A stretch of DNA of 63,763 bases, the filler included, from Folioceros fuciformis (lineage: Eukaryota), in assembly GCA_049999805.1 (NCBI GenBank). It is 5 parts of 5 records of this genome, joined end to end, with 100 filler letters (N's around TTAATTAATTAA, not from the genome) between each part and the next. Parts side by side here need not be neighbours in the genome. Positions count along the whole stretch, not along the records: positions 2,924 to 22,225 come from JBNGIO010006162.1; positions 22,326 to 45,093 come from JBNGIO010006164.1; 3 more parts are not named here. One strand, given 5' to 3'. The position numbers and the translations under genes are program-made. The notes beneath the pieces were generated by a model. It was given only the letters and a program-made list of their open reading frames with translations. It had not been told where the DNA came from and did no database searches. Shown piece after piece: positions 12,510-25,676 of the stretch (its first letter is position 1; each line of letters opens with the position of its first letter).

Positions 12510-12965
12510 TTTGCATAATCGCCAGAGAAAAGTACACGATGCCAGGCCTCCACTGCAACCATCTGCTCTTCCTCTTCACAACTAGAATCTTACGCACGGG
12601 CTGCCATATATTAGACCATTATCTCCTCGAACCTTTGTCTACCTGCCATGGCATGCGTTGTTGAGAATTGGATGAATCGGTGTCCAGGGAAGCTGTAGCA
12701 AAATATATCTCAACTATTCTAGAGTAATTTTACCTCAATTATTCTACGCTGATATTTTTTGGCGATAGAAGGTGAGAGTTTATGAGAAGAAAAGTTGCTA
12801 TGGGATGTAGATCGAGTGGGGGGCAGGTGATGGAGGGTGGGACTTATGACAATGAGTTTTATCACGAGCTACAAGCTGTCAAGTGCTTTCACATAAAATC
12901 CAAGGCTTTCCTCTTGCCTCGTGCATTGTACTAAAGGTACCGCTTCATTACACTGATGCATGTCC
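12510..12965. repeat. Diverged direct repeat of 19560-20015 (degenerate, coding-like, unidentified)
   Basis: Shared blocks such as CTTCCTCTTCACAACTAG, GGGCTGCCA(T/C)AT, CTTATGACAATGA and TCAAGTGCTTTCACAT occur in the same order in both places. Confidence 0.8.
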
Positions 12966-13769
12966 TGGGCTCTAATTGCACTAGTTGATCAAGATCAATG
13001 AATCATTGTGTGATATATTTGAGATCATTGGGGCCTTTTGCTCACGAGGAGGAACAATTTCATGTTGCTTATGTGGTTAACATGGATATTGATAGAGACT
13101 CTTGTCTGCAAGCATATCATCATCAACGCTTTGGGTGGACAACAAAGAGCATAGTAAGATCCACAAGTATACTTTTTGATAGGCCTAGAAAAGTGCTTGC
13201 TCATGGCCTAGAAAAGTGGTTGTTCATAACCCTATGGGTCTCAAGTGAAAGAGTAATTCTCTTCCTTTCCAAAATGGTTGTCATCTCTTAATAGATCATC
13301 GACATTGCTATGCAATGATTGATTGCCAACACCTCAACATGCATATGCAAAAGAGTGCTGGCAAACTTCTCAACATTGTTGTGCAAAAAGTGTTGGCCAA
13401 CTCCTCAACATTATGGTGCAAAGGCAAAGATTGTTGGCCAACTCCTTGACATTGCTATGCAAAGAGTGCTAGCCAAATCCGTATCCATGATGTAATGGTA
13501 ACAAGTAGAGAATTGCTGGCTTCATTGGCTTCATTGGGTTGTAGGTCTTTTTGTTATCTTTGATTATGACATTATGGAGGCAATAGGTAGTGATATTTGT
13601 GGGGGTAGTCCTCCAATTTTGCCTTTATCCCTTATCATGTTTTGCCTCTTCATTTATTTGGTTAGATACGAATTATTATCTCTTCTATCTTTCACTCTTT
13701 AAAAAAAAAAAGGAGGAAGAAAGTTCTTTACACGAAAAGAGATACTACAACTAAAATGGAAAGCTATAT

Positions 13770-14834
13770 CTAGATATTCATCAATATAGTACTAGTAGCA
13801 CTGACGAACATGTATAGCCTCGTACCACTAGCTCTCCCCCTTCCTCTTGCACTGCTACATCTAGCCCCTCTAGGGCTCACTCCCCTAGGGGTGGTACCTG
13901 TGTTGCTTGCTTGGCTACCAGTTGACCTTATACCCTTGAGGCTCGCACACATGGCGGTTGTACCCATGTTGGTGGCTCTACAATTGGTTACCCCCGTAGC
14001 CTTTAGGCTCTAATACTTAGCAGTTGTACCCATGTTGGTTCCAGTGCTACCAATTTTCCCTAAACACTTGAGGCTCACTCAATTGGTGGTCCTACCCATG
14101 TCGTTTGCTTAGCTACCGGTTTGCACCCTATCCTTAAGGATCGCTCACTTAGGGTTGTACCCTTGTTGCTTGCACGGCTAACAGTTACCCTTGCACCCTT
14201 GAGGCTCACTCACTTGGTGGTCTTATTCCTGTTGGTTGCTCGGCTCCCAGTTGCCCTTGTACCCTTGAGGCTACCTCACTTGGTGGTCTTACTCGTGTTG
14301 ATTGCTCGGCTACCGATTGCCCTTGCTATGTTTCTTGCTCAGCCACCCATAGCTCCTGTACCATTAAGTCTCGTGCACTTGGTGGGTGTACCCGTGTTGC
14401 TCGTTCGCTAGCTAGTTGCCTCAATATGCCTAAGGCTTGCTGAGTTTCCAGCGGTAGTTGTACCGATTGCTCGAAGAGCAGTTGCTCCCATACCTCTAAG
14501 GCCATCACACTTGGTAATTGTACATGTGCTGATTGCACACCTATCGATTGCAGCCTTTCTCCTGATCTTCGCTTAGTAGCGGGGTACCGATTGCACTGAT
14601 TGCATTTGTAACATTTTTGCTTTGTTTGCATAAAGGAATCCCAGATCACCTCTGCAATTGAGGCATGTATAATGATTTCTTTGGATCCATGACATCAAGC
14701 ATTGGTTGTGGAAGATGTGACCACATACATTCACCCTCTTCTTTTAAAATAGAATTAAAGCAAACATAGCAATCCTTAGTCTCATTGCCATTGTACTTGC
14801 TTGACGTCACATGTGTGCCATATAACCTATGCAT
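13770..14834 (-). pseudogene. RING-H2 + Q/R-rich repeat protein, copy A (frameshifted)
   Basis: MHRLYGTHVTSSKYNGNETKDCYVCFNSILKEE parallels copy B. An ~11-bp deletion inside the RING shifts the frame, and the repeat tail contains stops. Confidence 0.75.
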
Positions 14835-15799
14835 TTTTGCTTCACTTCAAACCTTATTAAATTATCAAGTATGTTTTGTCTTACGTAATTAACTTTCATA
14901 AACTCTGTTTGATCTTGGTAGCATTGCACGAAATCATATTATAGATCCATCTTTCATCTAATCCATGGGGACTTATGCAATGAGTATCATGTTGGACGGA
15001 ATTCATTTGGTTTTGTTTCAATGCTTTTCATAAACAACTAAGGTTAGAGTGTATTAGGTGTAGTGGTCAAGCAATTGTTGATGGATAGTTGTCTTGACCT
15101 ATCTAGACTTGATGGGCAAGCAATTGTTGCTACTCAAGTTGTCTCGACTCACAATACACTTGAGCATATTCATTATTAAGTATCGTACTCAATTCATAAT
15201 TTTCTTTCCTGTTAACATATTACACCATTTAAATATTATAAAAAAAAACTACTCTAGCACAAAAAATGATGATTCTAAAAGGTTTTTTGAGTTTCAAAGC
15301 TTTGCATATTGTATAGCTCAAAAAACCAACATCCAACTACTATGTATATGCATGCGTGTATGATATAATTTTGTACACTATTACTTACCAAGATGAAGGC
15401 ATCACATTTTCATAATTATATACGATGTTTATGGATTTAATGTTGGGAGAGTTGACGAAAATTGATATTTATCAAGTAAGAGAAAAACATTCTTAGACAA
15501 CTTAATAAGATTTGAAAATGGAGCGAAAATGCATAGGTAATAAAGTACATGTGTGACATCCAAAATGTGAAAGAAATGGTTTTATTTAAGGAGTGAGGAA
15601 AGTTCCTTACAAAGAGAAAACGCATTAAAAATGGAAAGCTATGTCTGTATATGNNNNNNNNNNNNNNNNNNNNNNNNNNNNNNNNNNNNNNNNNNNNNNN
15701 NNNNNNNNNNNNNNNNNNNNNNNNNNNNNNNNNNNNNNNNNNNNNNNNNNNNNTCTCCTTAGGATATATTTATGTGATAACATGAACTCTATCTTCCAC

Positions 15800-18439
15800 T
15801 CACACCACTCGATCTCTACCTCTCCCACCCCTGCCTCTAGCCCTATTACCTCTTGCGCAAGTGCCTCTTACGTGAGTGCCTCTCCTACTCCGCACGTCTT
15901 GCACCCCTCCATATCCCTCTTGCACAATTGAATCTTGTGCCATTGCCTCTTGCAACCTTGCGAAAAGAGGCAACAATATCATCCCCAACCCAGAGGCTGG
16001 ATCACTTAGCGATGGTACCCCTGTTGCTTGTTGGCTTACTGATTGCCTCCGTACTGTCGAGGTTTGCTCAGTTGGTTGTCGAACTAGTTTCACTTGCGTG
16101 GCTATTGGTCGTCCAAGTGCCATTGAGTCTCGCTCACTTTGTGGTCGTACCCTTGTCACTTGCTCGGCTATCGGTTGCCCCTGTGACTGTGAGGCTTGTT
16201 CAAATGGCGGTTGGGCTCGCATTGTTTGCTCAGCTATTGATTCCCTTTGTACCCTTGAGTCTATCTCACTTTGCGATCGTAGCCGTGTCGCTTGCTCAAG
16301 CACTTGTTGCCCCCATACGCTTGAGACTTGCTCGCTTAGTGGTTGTACTTGTGCCGCTTGCTCGGCTACCAGTTGCCTTCGTACCCTTGAGGCTCGGTCA
16401 CTTTCTGATGGTATTCGTGTCGCTTGCTTAACTACTGGTTGCCTCCATATGTTTGAGGCTTGCTGAGTATTTGGTGCTAATTGTGCTGCTAGCCTATTTA
16501 GTAGTTGACCTAACATCCCTGAGGTCAACTCACTTTGTAATTGATTTTGTGCCGCTTGCTTAAGTATGGATTACACCCATTCTCTAGAGGTTTGTTCTGT
16601 TGCCATTTGTACTCGTCTTTGTTGCTCCGTTGCCAGTTGTACTCGTCTTGGTCGCTCCCTTGTAGCTCATGCTGATGGTATCTTTGTCGCTTGCTCAGCT
16701 ATCGATTGCACCCATTNNNNNNNNNNTGCTCAGCTATCGATTGCACCCATTCTCCAGAGGTTCGATCTGTTGCTGTATGTACTCGTCTTTGTTGCTCCGT
16801 TGCCGGTTGTACTCGTCTTGGTCGCTCCCTTGTAGCTTGTGCTAATGGTATCTATGTCGCTTGCTCGACTGCTGGTTGCCCCCATATGTCTGAGGCTTGC
16901 TAAGTATTTGGTGCTAGTTGTGCTGCTAGCCTATTTAGTAGTTGACCTAACATCCTTGAGGTCAACTCACTTTGTAATTGATTTTGTGCCGCTTGCTCGG
17001 GTATGGATTGCACCCATTCTCTAGAGGTTCGCTCTATTGCCGTTTGTACTTGTCTTTGTTGCTCCGTTGCCGGTTGTACTCGTCTTGGTCGCTCCCTTGT
17101 AGCTTGTGCTGATGGTATCTATGTCGCTTGCTCGACTACTGGTTGCCCCCATATGTCTTAGGCTTGTTGAGTATTTGGTGCTAGTTGTGCTGCTAGCCTA
17201 TTTAGTAGTTGACCTAACATCCTTGAGGTCACCTCACTTTGTAATTGATTTTGTGCCGCTTGCTCAGGTATGGATTGCACCCATTCTCTAGAGGTTCGCT
17301 CTATTGCCTTTTGTACTCGTTTTGTTGCTCCGTTGCCAGTTGTACTCGTCTTGGTCGCTCCCTTGTAGCTCGTGCAGATGGTATCTTTGTCGCTTGCTCA
17401 AGTATGGATTGCACCCATTCTCCAGAGGTTTGCTCTGTTGCCGTTTGTACTCTTCTTTGTTGCTCCGTTGCCGGTTGTACTCGTCTTGGTCACTCCCTTG
17501 TAGCTCGTGCTGATGGTATTTGTGTCGCTTGCTCGACTACTAGTTACCCCCATATGTCTGAGGCTTGCTGAGTATTTGGTGCTAGTTGTGCTGCTAGCCT
17601 ATTTAGTAGTTGACCTAACATCCCTGAGGTCAACTCACTTTGTAATTGATTTTGTGCCGCTTGCTCAGCTATTGGTTGCACCCATTCTCCAGATGTTGGC
17701 TCTGTTGCCGTTTGTACTTGTCTTTGTTGCTCCGTTGCTAGTTGTACTCGTCTTGGTCGCTCCCTTGTAGCTCGTGCTTGTCTTCGCTCACTTGTAGCTT
17801 GTGCTTGTCTTAGTAGCTTCATTGTCAACCGTACTTGTCGTAGTCCCTCCATTGCCAACTGTACTTGTCTTGGTAGCTTTTAGTCGCTCCATTGTCAACC
17901 GTACTTGTCGTAGTCCCTCCATTGCCAACTGTACTTGTCTTGGTAGCTCTTAGTCGCTCCATTGTCAACCATACTTGTCGTAGTCCCTCCATTGCCAATT
18001 GTACTTGTCTTGGTAGCTCTTAGTTGCTCCATTGTCAACCGTACTTGTCGTAGTCCCTCCATTGCCAACTGTNNNNNNNNNNTCGTAGTCCCTCCATTGC
18101 CAACTGTACTTGTCTTGGTAGCTCCATTGTGGATTGTACGTGTCTTGGTAGCTCCATTACTGGTTGTACTTGTCTTGGTTGCTCAACTAACGATTGCGTA
18201 TGTAATCTTTCTGCTTCATTTGGATAAAAGTAACCCAGATAACCTCTGCAATTGAAGCATGTGTAATGATCGGTTTGGATCCATGGCATCAAACATGGGT
18301 TGTGGAAGACATGATCACATGCATTCACCGTGATTACTTCCTCCTCTTTTAAAATAAGATTAAAACATACACTACAATTTTTAGTCTCATCACTATTGTA
18401 CTTGTTTGATGTGACGTGTGTACCATATAGCCTATTCAT
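15800..18439 (-). pseudogene. RING-H2 E3 ligase domain followed by a long tandem-repeat tail and RGG-like end, copy B (interrupted as assembled)
   Basis: CSVC-x15-CDHVFHNPC-x11-CFNC is a C3H2C3 RING. It is followed by 33-bp (11-aa) units such as RQVQLAMEGLR, grouped into ~135 and 267-bp higher-order repeats. There is a stop at 17544 and several N gaps. Confidence 0.8.
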
Positions 18440-21400
18440 CTTTGCTTCACTTCCAACTTTGTTAAGTTTTAGAAAAACTTTTAGAAAAATTGATTTTTTT
18501 TTCTTTTGTTATAATATTTTGTACTCTATGCATATAATTAGTATCTATAATGTTTTAATGGTGTAGTATGTGAATAGAAGAAAATATTATCAATTGAGTA
18601 ATATCCTTAATACTAAATTCATCAAGGGGTACACATGTATTGATTGATATTAAGGGATAAGGGTGCATAAGTGGTAGGAGGAACTTACCTGTCTCCACTT
18701 GGTCTTCTCCTTAGAAGCTCTATGAGAGAGCACACTCTATGCTCTCATAGCATATGGCATTGAATGCTCCAAAAGCACACAGGATGTTTCTAGCTCTAGG
18801 CTAGGCCCCCTTTTTATACTAAGGTTCACATTTCTATTTCTGTAACTATCTATCTTAAGCTCAAAGCTTTTTATACTAATCCTCACATTACCCTTTTAAT
18901 AACTATCTTATGTTAAGCTTTAAGCTGTTTATACCAAGGTTAACATTTTTAGAAACTACTTTAGAAATTTTTAGAAATTACTTTTTTAGTAACTTTGTAT
19001 CTTATGGTCAAAGCTAGGTCCTACTACTACTCATACCAAGGCTGGATCCATCCATGCTTCCTATGCAAGATCCCTTACCTTATTACTGTATTGATAGATA
19101 CATATATATACTACATTTAAACGCAAGTTAACATATGTCCTTAGATATTATACCTATATAGAACATATTGATAGTGGTATTCAAGTTCATAGTATTTGTA
19201 AGCGTAATGGTAGTAAGTATGAAGAAAAAGATTCAACGAGAAAAAAGTATCGATGGTGGTAGATTAGAAGGAAGTTTGTTCATATTCTCATTAAGCATGA
19301 AAAGAAAATAGTGTAGCGATACAATTTTAATAATATGAAGAATAATCATAGAGAAAATAATTATAATAATATAATTATTGCAACATGGAGAGAGAGAAGA
19401 AAAACATCTCTTACAAGATGTTGACGAAATTGTAAGATTGCGAAGTATGCAATTGTTTTTAGATAATGGCCACATAAGGTGAGATGTCTCATGAGCCCAT
19501 GTGACACCTCACATTGTGTAACCTAAACCCTAATAACATCCACATGTTATGCATGCTAGTACTGAATTGCATTCTCACCAAAGAAAATTACAAAATGTCA
19601 TGCCTCCACGGCAACCATCCATTCTTCCTCTTCACAACTAGGATCGTACACATGGGCTGCCACATATTATACCAACATCTCCTCAAACCTTTTCCTGGCT
19701 ACAATGGCCAATGTCGTTGAGAATGGATGAATCGATGTACAAAGAGGCTGGAGCAAGATAATTACTTTGTTGTTGAAAAGAGTACCATCCCTCTTGCATG
19801 TCTCACTTATCCTACAGTGATTTGTTGCAATAAAAGGTGAAGAGAGTTTTATGAACAAAAAGTTCATGAGAGGGGGGCACATGATGGACCATCGCTTATG
19901 ACAATGATATCTATCACAAGCTATAATTTTTCAAGTGCTTTCACATTGAAATCAAAGGCCTTCCTCTTGCTTAGTACATTATACTAGACGTACCAGTTCA
20001 TTACACATATGTGATGCATGTATAGAGTTTGAGCTCCCAAGCACGTGGTTATGAGATAGCAATTGGGGAAGACAACCAACCTCGCACACGAAGGTGGGTT
20101 TTAAATAGCAATTTGGTAGCCCACCACTGAGCTAGTAGACAAGCATGCCTCTTCTTCCTCAAAACCTTCCCCTTAGTGAGAATATTCGCAAGCGGTCTAA
20201 GTTGTAAGTACTCCAGTTTGCTAGCAAACGGAGATGCCTAGAGTCAGCTAATGGTGAAGATTTAGCTAATGGTGTCCGTAGAGATGATGATGTAGTCCTC
20301 CCCTTGGCCCATGAAGCCTATTTGCTGTGTAACCTTGTACCACTTTCCTTTCTAAAAAAACCCTACCTAGCCTCGCTTCCGTACATGATGTTACTAACCA
20401 CTCATACTGACGGGTGAGTCATTAAGCCCCCCCTTGGGAAACTTACCTTTGTCATACTCGCAACCTACACCCTTACGTTGGTGTCCTCCATCTTCACCTC
20501 CAAATTCTTGTTGCAGGATTTAAGAAGGTTTCATTTGTCTTGGGCAACTAGACTTCTTGTCAACACCAAAAATAAGCGTCGGAGCAGTCCTCCGGTGGTC
20601 CGTTGGACTCATTACCGGAGTGGGTGGGATATTTGCTTTTTTAGGTAATAAAAGGTTATTTCGGTAAACCCAAGTAGAAGACATTCTGGACCTTGGGGGG
20701 TGGGGGGGGGCACTCGGCGAGCGGACTGACATAGACCAGAATCCGTTTGGATCTTGCGTACTTGTTATCATGTTGAGGAGCGGGCGTAACTGTTTCCACA
20801 CAGGTGCAGGCATACTAGCGATGGCTAGCGTAAACTTTTACGCTAGCATATGCCACCCTTTACGCTCCAACGCCTTCGCTCTCCCTCCCACCACTCCGTC
20901 TGAGCCTCATTTCAACACACTATATCTCATCCGTCTTCTCGCTTCCCTTACCTCCTCTATCTTCCGAGACATCAAACTAACCTATGGTTGCTATGTCGCA
21001 CTTTTGGTTGCGCACTCCTCCAACTCTATCTCCTCCCTCAAAGTTTTTTTCTTATTCCTCATGGTGCTAGGGCAATTCCTTGAAGTAGGTAACGTTTGGC
21101 AGATCAATGAAGATCAAATCCAGAAGCGGGCCTACCTGAATTAATCACCTTGGATAGCCACGGCAGGTGACATGATAAAGCAGTGGTGGCTAGGGATCTT
21201 CCAGTTTCCTTGGGGCATCCAATCTAAGGCGGTAGTTGTAGAATTTGCCATAATGCTATGGCGTTGAATGTGGGGCAAACTGGAGTCTTCTAAGATCCGG
21301 GACAACCCCACCCTTTAGACCACCTAGATGATGAGGGAGGTCTACTAATGGCTGGCTACGTAGTAGGGAGGACTCTACCTCAACTCCCAACGGAATAAGG

Positions 21401-22325
21401 GGCTGGTTGATGATGATATGCTTGCAAATAGATAACCATATATTTCCCACCTGAATTTCTCACCTTGGATAGCTGGGGCAGGCGACCTAGTGGAGCAAGG
21501 TGCTAGGGATCTTCCAGTTTCCTTAGAGCATCCAGTCTATGGTGGCAGCTTGAGAGTTTGTGTGGGGTTAAAATATGGTACCTAGGGGTACCGCGAGGTC
21601 CACACAAGCCCTCTATGTCGTTGTAGCTCTGGGATTCCATCCCAAGGGAATGATTGTGTTAAACTACACAGGTTAGCTTCTAAAGACAATTAGCACTTAA
21701 AGCTCGACTGACCCACGCACACACGTCCAGTACTCGGACCTTACCAAACCCCTTTACTTCCCCACCGAATGACCCCTCAGCCACCCGGTCGCCCCAGGGG
21801 CTACCTTCCCCTAGCCTACCCTTGGTTGCCCACCGGGCTACCTCTGTCGCCTTTCGGGCGACGGTCGCCTGACGGTCTACCGCTGGGTCCCACTCGCTCT
21901 CTCTCTCTCTCTCTTTCTTAGTTCCCGCTCTCTAGGATTTTCTCTTCCACCGGGTCATTCCTACCCGATTGATTACCTCCCGCCCGCGCATCCTCTTTGG
22001 CGCTTCCCTTCCTTGGTTCACCACAAACCGTCTCACTCACCTCAGAAACAAGCGTACGCACACATGAATAGCAACAATCTGTTAGACGCCTTCCACCCAC
22101 GTGATCTCCCACCTTAGATACGCCCTGGCGGTCTCCATTCAGTTTCTTCACAGTCTCTCCAGTCTCCTCGCGACCAGTCACTCATACACACCACGTCTCG
22201 TGCACCCCACACACATTACACACCTNNNNNNNNNNNNNNNNNNNNNNNNNNNNNNNNNNNNNNNNNNNNTTAATTAATTAANNNNNNNNNNNNNNNNNNN
22301 NNNNNNNNNNNNNNNNNNNNNNNNN

Positions 22326-23406
22326 CTTTGGCCTTGGCAGCCATATGGAAAGAGTGTGCAAAAGAGTTGGTGCTTTTGTTATCCCGTGCACTTGGACCTG
22401 CATCAAGTTTGGCCGGTGCCCTCCTACTGTCCACTTTTCTAGCATCAGCCTTCACTTTGTGTGAACTGGTGGATGATGGAGAGGGCAAACTCTTTCGCTT
22501 ACTCCCAACTTTAAGTCCCTGTAGTTCACTGTCACCAAGTTGCATGGAAGCACCAATGATGGTATCATCGTTAGCTAGAGAATCAAGATCTACTACTTCA
22601 TGATCCCTATACATACTATCCAAATCCTATGTAGCATTAAGCATACTAGTGAAGCATTCTACATCTCTTGTTGTATCATCAAGTTGTGAGGGCATAGTGA
22701 AACCCTGTTGGATGCCCTCTAGGTTCTGCTCAAGATTATTTGCATTAACCTCAGCTTCATGGAGGATTGGCATGTCTTCATCCAAGGAACGATGCAGCTG
22801 ACCTCGTGATGTGCCTTCAACTCCCTAATCGTATTCAAAATGAGGCTCAATGTTTGCCCTGCTACCAAACAGTTTGTCCATTCTATAAAAAAAAGGACAT
22901 AACATCTCAACCTTTCGTTCAATGGTGTGAATCCCTTTAGCTCTATCAGATTCATCCAAACCAAAACCGGTAGTGTCGAGGAGGGCCTTTGTCTTTGTGT
23001 ATCTCTGTTTGTAAGTCTTGAACCTCTCCCGCATCGCCTTACCATCTAGCATAAGGTGACCTTTGCTAGCTAGAGTGACATGATCAGCTAGTTTTTTGTA
23101 TCCTACAGTAGCTGGTACACATGTCATCCCAATGGAAGTCTTACCTTCCTCTCCCCAAAGCATGCTTCTATTAGCTGGATTTTCTAACCATGTCACAATT
23201 GTAGCATAATCTGCATGGTTGAGATGCGCCTTTTTGTTAATAATTGATGCATCATTAGGCATACCCTTCTTCCGGGTTTGTTTTTTGGCAAGAGGCTGAG
23301 TTAACGGGTCTAGCAAACTGTCCATACTCGTATTGCAATCTTGCCCACAGAGAGTCCTGCTTGGTACCTGCACAAAGAGAGAGGCCACAACACCAGATTG
23401 AGGCAT
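22326..23406 (-). mobile_element. Myb/SANT (trihelix)-like DNA-binding ORF of a PIF/Harbinger-type transposon, with in-frame stops; truncated by the gap
   Basis: IVTWLENPAN...YKKLADHV...AMRERFKTYKQRY...TGFGLDESDRAKGIHTIERKVEMLCPFFYRMDKLFGSRANI matches the pattern of Harbinger accessory proteins. The frame continues past the stop at 22825 into an acidic, low-complexity tail. Confidence 0.65.
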
Positions 23407-24188
23407 GGCAAGTAGAAGGCACTCTCCATGTACTTGTCAATTCGCCACTTACCACAAAATAGCTCCCCGGCTCTAAGAAAGGCACATACAACAACACCTG
23501 GATCACGCGCTGGAGGAGCTCATCATGAGCTTGGCGGACTGCAACACAGGATTTCAACGTAGGCGGGTTAGAGGTGATGAGCTTGAAGGTCTTCAGCGAT
23601 GAGCCGACTCGAAGGTCTTCAGCGATGAGCCGACTCAAAGGTCTTCGGCTAGAGGTGATGAGCTTGAACTCTTCAACCATGAGATGACTACGCAGTGTAT
23701 AGAGTACTCAAGATCCGGGTCACGCGTTTTTACTTCACACCCATAATGCGCAATGACAACCCTTGAGATGCACACGCGTATAATGGTGTGACCATGCATA
23801 TCCTACAGGATACGCCTTAGGGCTCGTCTCTCGGAGATACGGCGTACCTGATTTCACGAAATCGCAAGAATGACACACCCTAATGTATCTTTTTCTTCTT
23901 CCCTACCTCTGTATCCATGTCTTTTAGGTGCAGGTTGCCTTGGATGACCTTATGCGTCACAGTTATTGGCATTTCTTTGCCTTCCACACCTGTTAGGACT
24001 CCCTAAAAAGCCCTCCAAGGCCTTCCCTGCATTGTTGCAACCTCCTTCGATGACTCATTTGACATTTGCACACCGGAGGAAGTGAGTCCAGCTTCCCCAG
24101 GTTTCCTCTTCGCTTGTGCACGTTTCTTTGTCCCAAAGCTTCCTCTTCCTCTTGCCAAAGCTTCAGGGAGCTCACTCCTCTAATACAT

Positions 24189-24907
24189 TCAGAATATTAT
24201 GTCCACGTTTTTCCACAAGATCCCACTACAGTATGGTAATGTTTGCTTGTCTACCATCTTCTGCACCCAATCAGTGTCGCGAGGGTCTCCTCCTTCCTCC
24301 GTCATTCCAAGGAACTTGTACAGGCTAAACTTCCACTTCACAAGGGGCTTCTTATCCAAGTTGTGTTTTCTATAGAAGACATCAAGCTCGTCGTGGATAT
24401 ACCTAACTCGCTCAATGAAGCCTATTCTCTTCCTCTTGTTCGCATATACATTATGGTCAACTGTGAGCACCCTCATTTCCTCCTCTATCAGTCCTTCATA
24501 TGCATGCCCCTCCATCCATTCATACTTGTCTTCAGCTGGGAAACTTGAAGCTTATCTATGTTAGGCCACCGGTTTGGCTCACAAAGAAAGTAAACTGGCA
24601 ACCCCCCTTTCCGGTGGTAACCACATTTTACTTTAGAGCATCGGGTGCCAATACTTGTTTTGGGCCGGTTTGTGATGTCTAGCATTGGTTCAAACCCTTT
24701 CAATCGCAAATCTTTGTGCCCATAAGCAGATGCGTACTTGATGTAATGAGAGGGACTTATAGCTGAGCATAACTTTTTCCTTTCACCTTTCCTGTCCCAA
24801 TGGTAGACACGAATAATGCGAGTAGGAGAGATCTTACATGACTCTTCTCGCACACTCGCTCCTAAGGCATGTACGCACTTTTGCCGGACTTTGCACAACA
24901 TGTACAA
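24189..24907 (-). pseudogene. Degenerate intronless ORF, probably TE-derived (ParB/Srx-like motif)
   Basis: Frameshifted pieces reading FPAEDKYEWMEGHAYEGLIEEEMRVLTVDHN...FIERVRYIH; weak recognition only. Confidence 0.35.
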
Positions 24908-25676
24908 TGTGGACTGTATCTAACCATTGAAGGCTGTCTTTCCCAAAAAGCCATTCCAGAGGTGACGGTAAGAGAAAAGGAAATTAGTCGTGAAGTATCG
25001 CATCGCATTGTACAGTTTCTTAAAAAGCATATCTGCACTAAAACGAATTTATGCTGGCTAGGTTTGAGGAGCACAAAGCAAGTTGAAGATCAAAGAAGGG
25101 TTTGAATGTTAATTGCTGCAAACCGCGCGTGAGGGGCACGGTAGGCGCGATGGGGGTATGGCCGCGATACTGGATGGCATGGGGAGGGCGCAACGTTACT
25201 CTGTCTGTGTCATTAGCTCATGCCCTTCAACTGCCTTCTTTGCTTGCCAGCCGATCGATATCTTCAACCGCGTTCTTTGCTTGCCAGCCGATCGATAGCT
25301 TCAGCTCCGCTCTTTGCTTGCCGCGTGATCCACACTCTAAACCCGACTCCATCCTTGGTTTGCCATCGAACATGCCGAGCCTGTTCAGGACTCACAGCTT
25401 CCCTCGGAGGAGGAGAATTCCCATTCCCTCGTGCACTGCAGCCTGTCAATGTAACCCAGGCGTTGCCCACCTCGCGAAACTCAATGCTGTCATCTTTCAT
25501 TGTTCAAGTATTTTGGGGGAAAGGGTTCTTGTTCAAGTTACACTCGTCAAGCTGTTCTTCTCCCACGATCTTCCACATGCGGCTACTGTTACAACTGTGG
25601 ACAGCGCAGCGTGGGAAAGTTCTGACAGCGTGAGGACTCATTCACAGAAGGCTGACAACTCAGGCGACAATGGCTT

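Noticed and set aside
15853-17770. Hydrophobic and Cys-rich plus-strand ORFs resembling membrane or metallothionein proteins
   Set aside because: They are antisense readings of the RING repeat tail.
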